In this document: piece by piece, positions 12,837-25,214 of the stretch
Layout of the letters: the number at the start of each line of letters is the position of its first letter
Position numbering within the stretch: position 1 is the first letter of the stretch
NCBI GenBank assembly: GCA_973895155.1
Contig: OZ316891.1
Location: 11,285,875 to 11,349,874, forward strand
Reading direction: 5' to 3'
Length of the DNA stretch: 64,000 bases
Source of the DNA: Marsupella aquatica
Taxonomy: Eukaryota > Plantae > Marchantiophyta
Notes under the pieces: generated by a model
Told to the model about the DNA's origin: nothing
Database searches by the model: none
The model's input: the letters and a program-made list of their open reading frames with translations, nothing else
Program-made: the position numbers and the translations under genes

Positions 12837-13436
12837 TTGAGGCTGGATGGAACACAAACTTGAGATAGAGTTTTTTGATGGTTTCACGTGGACTTCAACA
12901 ATTTTCAGAGTGCTAAAACATGTGGACTATTTATATGCAGTTTGATGAACTCCTCATGTATACACACTCTACGACAGTGCATTGCGGATTGAGGCAATCA
13001 ATTTTGAGAAATCAACTTTACTATCTTTTCCAGGGTAGGATTCCGATTTTCATGCATGTGCTTTGAGTGTGACTCGGGTCATTGTTGATGTCTAAACTTC
13101 ACTTGTAAATTTGTCACTGGTGTCACAAACATTACTTATTCCAGACCTGTCTGCTCACATTCCTAATAGGCAAACAAATACTGGAAATGATGAAGGCATA
13201 GAGATTTACGTTCATAGTATCATTCTGATGACACTGTATGTGATGCTCTATTTGTATGCAAGAAGGAGAAGGTGCCCCACTACAATGGATTTGAGAAACT
13301 GGGCTCTGTGGGTTTGAGCAATTGGACTGTGGTTGGCATCGGTTGTACAACTGTGACGGTAGGCCCAATTTTGTATGCATGTCACACCGATTCAGTTTGA
13401 AAATCATAGTTTGAATACAATTTCAATCAAGCTAGC

Positions 13437-16400
13437 ATGGCACAATTGCCACAGAATACGTTAGGTGTGGGTAGAACTCCAAAGTTGCCGCTCTTCCATC
13501 CAGCTAGAGTACAACATCGTGATGATGCTTTGTGGGTTCGAGAACAGAAGCCTGCCACAAGAGTGGGGACCATAAGATGTACTGCCCTTGTGTGAACTGC
13601 AAAGGGAATTATAGGACTAATCGGAATACTGCTAGACTACACCTTATTTAACATGGTCGGTACCCTGCATGTCGAGTGTGGGTGGGAGAGGGACAGGACT
13701 CTTCTGATGAAGAGTGGGGTGCTGACTACATGTCACAACATGGCCCTGAGGCATTGAGGGTAGCAAACCTTCAGCAGGCATCCTGTGCACAACAGCCAAC
13801 TGTAGATGTTGAAGAACATTTATTTGTAGATGTTCCAGAGTATCCAACTGTGGATGTTCAAGAACATCCTACTATAGATGTCGAAGAACATATCAGGGCT
13901 CTACTAGAAGAAACGTTGCTGAGAACCAATGAAGAATCCCCTGAGCATGAACTAGATGATCAGGACCGTTTTGACTTGGATTTTATACTTGGGGATGATG
14001 AGAGTGAAGGAGGTGCCCATCCTGTAAACCCCCTTGAAACCTCTGAAACTCCTATGGAGACTGATCCTGCACAGTTATCTTTAGATGCAGCAATGCAACC
14101 TTTGTTCCCAGGCAGCAAAATAGATGTTGTGTCATTCATGTTGCTTCTGCTGAACATCTGTCATGGCCATGGATTCTCAAACAAAGGAGTGAATGCATTG
14201 TTGTCTTTGATGGGGGAGCATGGTATGCCTGCAGAGCATAATCTGCCCAAGAACTTATATGCTGCAAAGCAGCTATTGAGAAAGCTTGGCTTGGATTATG
14301 AGAGAATCCCTGTCTGTGAGAAAGGTTGCATGCTCTTTAGGGGTGAGAATGCCAAGTTAGAAAACTGTTCAGTGTGTCAGCAGCCCAAGATGAAGAGAGT
14401 GGGGAATTCATTACAGGCAAGGAAGGTGGTGCGGTATTTCCCTATAATTCCCAGGTTGAAGAGATTGTATGCCACTGCTGGTACATCTAAACTCATGACT
14501 TGGCATCATGAGAATAGAAGCACAGACAACATGGTTCGGCACGCAGCAGATTCAAAGGCTTGGAAGCATGTGGATACAAATATTGATCGGAAATTTGCAG
14601 CTGAACCAAGGAATGTGCGATTTGGGTTGGCACTTGATGGGGTGAATCCCTTTGGGAATAATTCCACAGCTTGGTCTACCTGGCCAATACTGTTGTTGAA
14701 TTACAATTTACCTCCTTGGCTTACCACCAAGAAGTTCTTTGTCATGCTAGCTATGCTGATTCCAGGACCTGATTCAGTAACAGAGGAACAACTGGACATA
14801 ATATTGGGCCCATTCTATGAGGAGCTGGAGCTGTTGTGGAAGAAAGGAGTGCCCTGCTTTGACAAATTGCCACGCCCAGGATTGTCTCAACACTTCAACC
14901 TTAGGGCTGTGCTATTGTGGACAATCAATGATTACCCTGCATATGGTTTAATATCTGGACAACAACACTCTGGATACAAAGGATGTGTCATCTGTGGGCC
15001 AGAATGTGTGGCACGTGGTTCTAAGCACTTGCAGAAATTAGAGTACAGTGGCCACCGTCGATGGTTAGCAGCAAGGCATCTTTTTCGTAGACCAGACGGT
15101 GCACAATACTTTGATGGTGCAATTGAGAGTCGACCTACACCGTGTAGAATATTTGAAGAAGGGAGGAACCAAGGTTGAGGATGAGAAATGCCCCATAAAG
15201 GTGCATGGAGTGAAGAGGGCTACTGGTCTGTACAAGTTACCCTATTGGAATGTAAGACTCCATACTACTACAATGAATTTCTGCAATCTCTTCATATGAC
15301 TTTGAAATATATTCTCTTCATATACTTCTTGTACCCCAGATTTTGTAATTGTTGTATTCAATGCAGTAATTTCTGAATTGTGTCCACTGCACAAACTACT
15401 GCCCAGTGATGCCAAAAGTTGTATTCAATGCCCTAATTTCTGAATTGTGTGTCCACTGCAGAAACTACTCATTAACCATTGTCTAGATCCCATGCACTGT
15501 GAGAAGAATCTTGCACACAACATTGTGCACACTATCATTGGGACCAAGGACACTCCTTCTGTGAGAGAAGACATGAAGCTCTTACAGGTGCGCCAACACC
15601 TATGGCTTGTACCCAATCCAGCTCCCAAGCGTAAGGATGACAAATTGTTGATGCCCCCAGCCCCATATTGCCTGAGCAAGAAGGAAAGAACAAGGTTCTT
15701 GGAGGTTTTATTGACCTTGAAAGGGCCCACTGGTTTTTCAAGTTCTTTGGCAAAGTGTGTTACAAAATCCAAGAAACTCTCTGGGTTGAAATCACATGAT
15801 TTCCACCAACTCATGCAACAGATTCTCCCTCTGGCAACAATGGGATTACTTGATGAAGGGGTTCGCTTGGCCATAGCTGGGGTGAGCAATATCTATCGCC
15901 AGATCTGTACGAAGGTGTGGGACCCTTCAATGTATGAGAATTTGATGATGGATGTTGCATTCACTCTCTGCATTTTGGAAATCCATTTTCCACCAAGCTT
16001 CTTTGATGTCATGACCCATTTAATGATTCACCTAGTGGAGGAATTAGACTTGTGTGGCCCAGTTACAGGCAGATGGATGTACCCAATAGAGAGGAACCTG
16101 AAGGTATTGAAGGGTTATGTACGAAACAAGGCACGTCCAGAAGCTTCTATGGCTGAAGGCTATGTATTAGATGAGTCTTTGGGATTCCTTTCTGAATACA
16201 TGATTGATGCAAAGGGAGAGGGAAAACAAACCTGGGAGTTGGAGGAGGATGCTGGCGTTGCAGGCATTGTTTTGGAAGGGGCTGCAAAGGCGATAACTTT
16301 GGATTGGTCTGAAATGATGGCCATGCATCATTATATATTGGAGAATGAAGAGACAGTGGCTCCATGGTACAGGTACATAAACCCTAAATTATGTTGCCCC

Positions 16401-17329
16401 ATTGTGTTTGTATATTCATGGTGGATCATGCACTAATGTCTTCAGTGTTGTTGTTGCCATGCAGGATATATGATGCTACCAATGAGACTGTTACCAAACG
16501 AAGAGTGGATTTCCGGAAGGAATGGATGAGGAAGCCTGCCAATCGAAGAAAACCAGTGGAATTTCCCGCTGATTGCCAAGAATTGTCACCTTTTAGGGAA
16601 TGGTTTCAAACATTAGTCAATACCCATAATTTTGAAAAAGAGTCTGAGCGGTCATTACTATCTGCATACTCCACACCACCTAGTTTGAAGGCACGACTGT
16701 ATAGGGCATGCAGAGCCTATGGGCACCATTGGAGGACTATTCCATCCTTGGGGTGTTTGAGTGATTGTGATTCTGGTGCTTTCAGCACTTTTGATTCTGG
16801 GATGGCTTCTACATTCACTGAGAAGCGAGTGGACAGGTCTGGTGCAACCATAGAAGAATCTGTACAGTATGTAGGGGCCTTGACAGATATCTTAGTACTG
16901 AATTACGGCAGCTTGAGGAAAGAGGTGATTCTTTTCAAAGGGAAATGGGCAGATCCATCATGGACTCCTAAATCCTCTGCCAGTATGAGGTATTCCGAGT
17001 CTGGTCTTTGGCAGGTGAATTTCCATAGAGAACTGGGTGTGTCCAAGAAAATGGATTACGTTTTCCCAAAGCAAGTGGAGCAGGTTTTCTTCCACCCCAA
17101 TGAGAAGGGGATAGCATGGAGAACAATCCTCCACAAAGAATCCAGGTCCACAAGGGTGTTAGGTGATTACACAGACGTTGATTTCCATGCTACAATGGAA
17201 AACAATGCCAAATTACACATCGAATTGGCTAAGGCCTGTAGGTCCAAAGAAAATCCAGGACCAAGTACTGGTCCCAAACGAGGCAGAGATGTAGAGGGAT
17301 CTGCAAGAAAGGGCAGGCCTAAGCAGTGA
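13437..17329 (+). pseudogene. TnpD: CACTA transposase TnpD (Transposase_21 + DUF4218 + DUF4216), disabled
   Basis: N-terminal MYCPCVNC zinc motif (~13577), LALDGVNPF, NYNLPPW, WTINDYPA, LDPMHCEKN, GLKSHDFH, FPPSFFDVMTHL, RWMYPIER, FPKQVEQVFF. Introns 15252-15461 and 16373-16464. Lesions: frameshift ~13550, TAA at 13649-13651, frameshift ~15145. Confidence 0.93.
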
Positions 17330-17427
17330 ATAGGTTTTAGCTAGGTGTGTGAAGTCCATAGATGGACTACATGTATGGACTATTTATGAAATCAGACTAA
17401 TGGTTTACCCATTTGTGCAGTTGGTGA

Positions 17428-20400
17428 ATGCAGCCTGTGAAAGGAAGATTGCAAGGGTTGTCACATTCTGTGAATCCTTATGAGGAGGCCCGAAATCGGA
17501 ACATAGAGCATAATGTCAGAATTATGCGTGATCTAGGACTGGGGCCAGACTGCAAGCTGATGTGTGTGTTGATACGTCTATTGCAAATTTGATTCAGTAG
17601 ATGGAGTTGTCAGGTTCATGTTCTGTTTTCATATTCCAGATTGGTCTCATACTAGTATGGATCCTGTACATAAGTACTAGTGTTACAGTGTTGTAGATTC
17701 ATTTTGCATGTATGTTTGATCTGCATTGGTGTATGTTGATGATTGCTTTGTTCCTTAGAGGCCCAACCACACATGTACAACGAGAGAGAGGAAAGCCTGC
17801 TTTGGTGAAAGGTACTTCAACTAAAACATTGCCAAAGAGGAGGAGCTCTAGACTATCAGAAGTTACCAAGGTGAACATGGCAGAGTTTGGTGATGATGGA
17901 TATGGTTCTCCTTCTGAGTATGACACTGAGGATTCTGACATTGGAGGGTCAGAACCAGAGAGTGCACAACAGGTAATGCTTGAACTTCATCATCCTAATA
18001 GGAAGGGATCCTTGTCCCTTTTTCAAATTATATGTTGATATGCTTACGTTGTCCATGATGTAGGTACAGAAACAAAATCGTGGTCCTAAGAAGACTGGGC
18101 CTGGTGGAGGTGGGCTAGTGAGATGTTGGAAAGACCCAGACACTGGACTCTTATATGAAAGTGAGTGGATTGTACTGTTCTACTTTTCAGGTGTGTTTGG
18201 AAGTTGATATTCTACTTGGAAATGAAATTAATTGAAGTGCTTTGGTGTTGTGTGTTTGTTTAGTGGTTCCATCAGCATCTGAAGGCAGATCAGGTCAATC
18301 TGATGTACTACATTCCAGAGGATCTTCAGGTAATACACAATCTGCTCGTCATGCATATGCAAGTACATTTGCTCAACTTTTCAATCATGTACATATTTTT
18401 TGATTGAATGCATGTGTGTGCATTGCAAGAGGGGCCTCTGAGATGCGCAGGGAACGAAGGCATGCTAAGAAGCAGTTTGATAATACTGCCAAACAACGAA
18501 GGGATTGCGGAGAGGTGCCCAAACACATTAAAGTGAGTATTGTACTTGTTTTGAATGTAGATTTAGACAAATCTGATCCTCTCTGTTGTTGTGTGTATAA
18601 AACCTGGACTCTACATAAATTCCAGAGTTATGATCTGACATTGTCTGTGAAATGCAGATTTATGACAATGATATTGATGATTCTGATGGCAACAAACAAT
18701 ACTGGCTGGAGGAACTTCGTGGCAACGTACTCAGAGTCTTTGATGTATCAAAGCCAAAATGGACTGATCATCCACAAGTTCATACAACCACAGTGTGGAA
18801 TAACATGGCAGCTGAGTGGGAGTATGTAGGTGGGGAATTTATTAACACCAAATTCCAGAGTCATTGTCGTGGCATATTGAAGAGAGAGCGCCATAAAATG
18901 CATGTTTATTGGAAGAAAGTTTGCAATGAGGATCCAACCAAACCTGGGCCATCTGGTGTTGATCCAAAGAAATGGGCAGCTTTGGTATCTCATTTTACCA
19001 GTCCAGCATTGATATCTTTGAGTAAACAGATGACTGATAAAAGAGCACGAGTGCAAGATACCTCTCACTTTGGAAGGGGAGGGCATGCTGCAGCAGCAAA
19101 GAGAATGGTAAATTGTCTATCATTTTCACTATCAATTCTGTCTTGTTTGTGAATCTTGATGAAAACAAACTCTGTGATTTCTCATTCATTGTGTGTTTGA
19201 ACAGAAGCAGAAGAGAGGATCAAGCCCAGGTATATCTGACCTGAAAGAAAACCATGGTAGTCAGGGTTCATTGCCAAAGGTGACAATGAGCCCATCATTG
19301 GCAAGTGCAGAAGGTCAGACTGGTAGTTTTGTGGGAGCAAAGGTGAGCCCATCATTGGCAAGTGGGGAGGGTAAAAGTGCTAGCTTACTGGGGCAAGGAA
19401 ACAGACATGGATCAGCTGTGAGTATTATCATACCAATTTGATTTGTACATCATTCTCCATTTGACAGAGCTAGTGTTGTGTCGTTTGTAAGTTTGACAGT
19501 GAGACTGTTGTGTTGGTTTGTGGTTCATTTACAGACCCCACATTCAAAAGAAGAGATCACTGCCATTGGGGCTGTGAAATTGGATGTCGCTGAGTTGAAA
19601 GGCACTGTGAGGGAGTTGACAAACATGATGACTACGTGGATGGCACATCACCCCAGTAATGCACAAGTTCCAACAGTTGTGCCTAGTCACAGTAAGTTGA
19701 CTACAACTACCAAACAAGGTAGTAGAAAGCGATCTCTTACTTTTTCAGGCGATAATGAAGGTAAAATTCTCTATCATGTATACACTGTCCATTCAATGTA
19801 ATTATTGTGATGTGTATATGTCATTGCATGTTTATAATGTTCTTGCATGTTTTTAGTGTGATTATATGTTGCTGGTGTATACATGTTTGTTTATGCATTT
19901 CTTTTGTGTGTGTTTTATGACAGCATCTTTAGGGGAGCCTCCTGTGTTGCAGGGAAGACCAACTGACATAGCTAACAGTACTCTAAAGCAAACTGAATTG
20001 GAAGTGAACCTTTTGCCATCTAAGTTGCCCAAAGAAGCCATTTCAGATGCCTTTCAGTTGCCAGAGGATAAGTCGACTCAGTTGACACCAGATGTAACCC
20101 CAGAATCATCTGAGTTGCCAAAAGAAACTCCCATTCCAAGTGAACAGGATGACACTCCATCAACTAGAAAGGGAAAGAAGAAAAGGAAGAAAGGATCCTC
20201 AGCAAATGCATCACCTGCACAGAAGAAACCAATGCAGTCTCCTAACCCCGTTGCAAAGGTAAATGTGTGTTTGATTTGAGTGTTCTTCTATCTTTCAATT
20301 TCTGTTTATTGCATTTTTAACAAAATGTGTTGTTCACAGTTTGCAAGAGGAGATTTGGTGAAGATGAAGAGCGTTGTGGACAATTCCATGATAGTGGCAG

Positions 20401-20600
20401 AAGGTGAGGTGACAGGGCTGCCAGGAGAAGATAAGTTTCATTGTGCAGATTTTGAAAGCCCTTTCTTGCGAGTGCGTGTGATTGAAGTGTTTGTAGATGT
20501 GGCATTGCCATTTGCCAATTCAGGGGAGAACCAGTCTAAATTATCTGATGTGAAAGGGATGAATGCCCTATGGAACGCTAGATTGCTTAAGAAGCAATAG
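17428..20600 (+). CDS. TnpA: CACTA TnpA-like multi-exon gene (Transposase_24 core, C-terminal Tnp1/En/Spm-like domain)
   Basis: Exon ~18658-19107 has GVDPKKWAALVSHFTS...SKQMTDKRARVQDTSHFGRGG. Last exon ~20341-20600 has IVAEGEV...FH...RVRVIEVFVDVALPF...LSDVKGMNALW. Many GT-AG introns. First exon MQPVK...YEEARNRNIEHNVRIMRDLGL. Exon structure only partly resolved and intactness not verified. Confidence 0.75.
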
Positions 20601-23030
20601 AAATAGCACTCTATCAAGATACAATAGACATGATAGAATGACAACTCTGTTTTTCTATAAACATGCAGAGTGATTGGTATGTCAGGTTGTAACAATTGAC
20701 AATCTAATATTATTGATGTCAATGTAATTTTGTTTCATAAATTTGCATTGAGTTCAATATTTACCGTGAGACTTATGAAGGTATCTTGTATGAATATCAA
20801 TTGGATTTGTGATATATATCGAATGTTTCTTTAAGTTTTCATTCAGCAAATCTATTGAATGGCTTTGTAATGTATGATTTTTGATTGACATCAAGTTTTA
20901 TCTATCATGATCACTTAAATTTGAATTTCTCCAAATCATTGAATACTTCGTCTGAATGACTGGCTTGAATGACTAAATGACTGGCTAGAATGATTGATGT
21001 AATGGTCATTATTCACAACTATCTTTGTGACCAATATGACTCAACTCTGGTCATTAAAGACATAGACTAAATGATTCAAAGAATGACATATACAATGACC
21101 TTTCTCATGGTCATTATAAACAAGTCCACTATGACTCACTTTATGTCATTCAAGACATGTCATTAATGACTAATGTGTATCTTTACGTGTCTTCTCCCAA
21201 TTGAACCACGTGTCTCAATATGACTTGTTTATATTGTAGTCATTTTGGACACATCCAAAATGACCCAAATATATTGCCAAATGGTGAATCCTCTTTGAAC
21301 CACGTGTCACTATTTGATTTGTTATATAATGTACGTCATTTTGGACAAGTCCAAAATGACCAATGTTATTTGTTTTTTATTGCCACGTGTTGTTGTGTGA
21401 TTGGGTACGGGGACCATCGACGGTCAACGGCAATTGACCGTCGATGGTGATTTGTGTCGTCATTTTGGACCGTTCAACATTTATGACCATATCAAAAAAA
21501 CGGTCATTTAGGATAGTATGAAATGACCACATGTTTTTAGCGTCATTTGTCCAAAAGGACCATGACCAAAATGTCCGTTGTGACGCGTCTGGAAAGACGA
21601 GAACAATTGCGTCATTGTTTTGTTAAAAAGACCTGATTAATAGTCATTGTTTCGGTCATAAAATACATTGTTTTCTACTAGTGCCACCAAATGTACTCTC
21701 TAGAAGCAATTTTAAGTGTACACTTGCTTAAAATAAATAGATAACATATGTACAAAGTATTTAGCCCTTGTCACTACCATATTCATTTTTTTCATGTTTT
21801 GAAATACTTGTGCAAGGTAAGTACTACTTTAAGGTACCTAATATGTACTCTCTTTAGTTATTCCATCTCAAAGTTTTTGGCAGTACTCACACCTGAAAGT
21901 ATTTCTCCAAAGCATAGTCTTACCTGAACTTTAGTAAGGCGAGTCAATGGTTTTGGGTACTATTTTTAAAAATTTGTTTTCTGCAAATAAATCACGTGTG
22001 ATTTAAACAATTCTTTGATGCTATTTTGCCAAAAAAAAGGAGTCCAACGTTAGTATTTCCTAAACACACCAAGTTCTTTTTGTGAAAGTTTCTTTTGTGT
22101 CACTTTGAGTAAACATAGAGACGTGAATTGTGATATGATTTTGATAGCTAATTTTGTGGTTGTTTCACCAACATTGAGCTCAAATTCTAGGGTCATATAA
22201 CTGCTTTTACATTTGTTACTATGTGCATCCTAATGCTCATTTTTATGAATTCAATTGATGCCTTGTGAATTCAATTAGTGCATTGTGTACTAAGCTAAAC
22301 AATAAAAATTACCATTTAAGTAACATTGTGTAAATTGCCTGAAATGCTCTAGCTAGGTGCTCACATCTGAAAAAAACTTTCACAAAAATAACACCAACGA
22401 AATGCTCAAGTCTAACATGAATATTTCCACAAAGGTTTTTTGGAAAAATAGCATCAACGAATTGTTTAAGGGCCACTTGATTTAACTGCAAAAAACAAAT
22501 TTTAATAAATAGCACCCAAATAGCACCGGCGAGGCACCCGGATTTCACCCAAACCATTGGTTCACCTTACTAAAGTTCACGTCAAACTATTCTTTGGAGA
22601 AATTGGGGAAAGACATAGAAAGGGGATAAGAGAAAGAGTAGATGCTTGCCATAAACACTCCTTGGTGTCATGGCAACTTTGTTCACCACCCCTACTCAAC
22701 AAACAGTCAGCAGCAGGAAGGGTGGGGAGTTAAGGGCTGCCCAGGCACGGGATGGGCAGGGGCAGTGAGGGAACCCAAAAAGGTTGCCCTGAAACTGACT
22801 TGTGACACAAAAATGAGGAGAGTCTTCAGGTGGGGTGTTGGGCAGGAAGGGTGTGATTTTAAGGGCTGCCCAGGCATGGGATGGGCCGGGGCAATGAGGG
22901 AACCCAAAAAGGCTGGCCTGAAACTGAATTGTGACACAAAAATGAGGAGGGTCTTCTGGTGGGGTGTGGGGGAGAACCGAGGTGCATTTAATGACAAAAC
23001 AGGGACTAGTTTCCGTGAATATTATTTTCA

Positions 23031-25214
23031 AGTTAGGGAGATGCATCCCTGTTTTGTTATTAAATGCACCTCGGTTACCCCCCACACCCCACCGGAAGCT
23101 TCTCTTCATTTCTGTGTCACACTTCAGTTTCAGACCAGCCTTTTGGGGCCCCTCCTTGCCCCTGCCCATCCCATGTCTGGGCAGCCCTTAAAGCCCCATG
23201 CTTTTGGTAGCCCCTTTATTTCTAGTTTTTTTTAATGGGTTCTCTGGCCTGCTCTCTGGTAGTTTGTCAGATTTCCTATGTATTTTGAAAGTTTGAAACA
23301 TGGGAATAAAACCCAAGACCAAAGAGCCAAATAAGGCAAAGTAGCCACCAATGGCAAGAGGAACTAAAACCCGCTCATCCAAAACATACATTTCAGGCAG
23401 GACTTCAAGGATGCCAAAAGAGTCTGGTTGCATTGAGGTCTCTTTTGTGGGTTGCAATAAACTAAAATTGTCTCAGATTTCAACCCAGAAAAGAATTATC
23501 TGGTTGAAAGAGAATGTAAATGTCACATTTCCAAAGAATAAAAAATGTCAAACCAGCAAACAGGATACCAAAGGCAAGAGACTCAATAAAGGGGTGAAAC
23601 ATTAGCCTAACCTCTGCAAGATGAAAGAGCCAAAATAAGCCTGAGTCCAAAAACACTGCAAAAATGACTAAAATAACTACAGATCCTACAGACAAAAATT
23701 TCTGGCATCAAAGGATGTCAAAAAAGCCTGGTTTGGTTGAGAAATGGAGTTGGGAAAAGACAAAAAAGTAATTTCACGGCAGAAACTAAAGGATCACAAA
23801 AAGCGCCTTGTTGCAAAAAAAATTGGGGAAAGAAATAGAAAGGGGATAAGGGAAAGAGGAAACGATCGCATTGAGTAGAAAATAGATGCTTGCATGAACA
23901 CTCCTTGGCGTGATTGGAGGCAAGTAGTTCACCACCTCTACTCAACAAAAAGTCAGCAGCATGACAGCAAAATACTTGATGGCCCAGATATTCCCCATGA
24001 GCCCCTCACTTTTCAAATATACTTAATGGGGCCCCTTGTCCCGGCAACCCTTTCTCAAGACCTGTGTCATTATTTTTTCCATTTTTTTATTATAACATAA
24101 CCATACAGTTATCTACTTCAGTCGACCAGATGGACTGTCTAGAAGCAATTTTCAGTGTACTTGAAAATAAATATGTAAAGTATGTGCTAAGTATTTAGCC
24201 TTGTCACTCTCATATTCATTTTTTTCATGTTTTGAAATACTTATGCAAGGGAAGTAGTACTTAAGTTAAGTAATGTTTACTCTCTTTAGTTGTTCCCTCT
24301 CAATATTTTGGAATTACTCATACCTGAAAGTATTTCTCCAAAGCATAGTCTTACCTGAAGTTTCATAAGAAGGACCAATGGTTTTGGGTGCTATCCAGGT
24401 GGTGTTTTTTAAAAGTTGTTTTCTTTCAAATAAATCACGCATTACTTAAAGAATTCTTTGATACTATTTGCCAATTTTCTTTTCGGAAATATTCATGTTA
24501 GACGTGAGCATTTCCTAGCTTGGTGTTATTTTAGCAATCAAAATCATATCTCAATTCACCTCTCTACGTTTACTCAAAGGGACACTAAAAAAATTCACTT
24601 TGCGTATCACGTCCTGTGACCACTAGTCCAATCTGTAAAAACTATGAAGACATTGACAAGTTCAGCATGCAGCTTCACTCCCAAATCCTGCCTATTTGCA
24701 TTGGCTTATGCAAAACCATCAGAGTCAACCAAGACTCTAGTCTACAGGGTACTATCAAAGAGACACAGTCATACCCTCATACCTGGAGAACATGAACAAT
24801 AATGTATATGGTTCGAGTGACAAGGGCTAAATAATTCATACATACTTTATAAGAGGATATATTTATTTTCAAACAAGAGTAGTTTACATTGAAATTGCTT
24901 CTACACACTACATCGTTATGTAACAATTAGAAAATGGAAAAAATAATGACACAGGTCCTGAGAAATGGAAAGTAAAAAGTTAGGGGCTCGTCAAGAATAT
25001 GTTTATCTAGAGGGCCCCATCAAGTGTTTTGCTGGCAACAGGGAGGGCGGGTTTAAGGGCTGCCCAGACATGGGATGGGGAGGGGCAAGGAGGGGACCCA
25101 AAAAGGCTGGCCTGAAAATGAAGTGTGACACAAAAATGAAGAGAAACTTCCCGTGGGGTGTGGAGGATAACCGACGTGCATTTAATGACAAAACAGGGAT
25201 GCATCTCCCTGAAT
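23031..25214. mobile_element. Non-autonomous long-TIR DNA element, copy B (~2.2 kb, uninterrupted)
   Basis: Left AGGGAGATGCATCCCTGTTTTGTTATTAAATGCA (23035) is inverted to right TGCATTTAATGACAAAACAGGGATGCATCTCCCTGAAT (ends 25214). Internal sequence is homologous to 5120-6060 plus 21684-22150. No TSD seen. Confidence 0.8.

Larger units (their letters stand above)
6061..21683 (+). mobile_element. Full-length CACTA/En-Spm DNA transposon (15,623 bp)
   Basis: TIRs CACTAGAAGAAAACA (6061) and TGTTTTCTACTAGTG (ends 21683) match 14/15. 3-bp TSD CCA at 6058-6060 and 21684-21686. ATGAC/GTCAT subterminal motifs at both ends. TnpD and TnpA genes inside. Empty site in the paralogous repeat at ~24110-24170. 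Confidence 0.96.
5120..23020. mobile_element. Non-autonomous long-TIR DNA element, copy A (~2.3 kb, split by the CACTA insertion)
   Basis: Left end ATTCAGGGAGACAAGTCCCTGTTTTGTCATTAAATGCA is the inverted match of right end ...TGCATTTAATGACAAAACAGGGACTAGTTTCCGTGAAT, with arms of about 165 bp. Flanked by ATTATTTT at 5112-5119 and 23021-23028. Body is colinear with copy B. Confidence 0.75.

Noticed and set aside
22642-23235. Overlapping ORFs on both strands with repeated peptides
   Set aside because: By-products of the duplicated and inverted TIR sequence.
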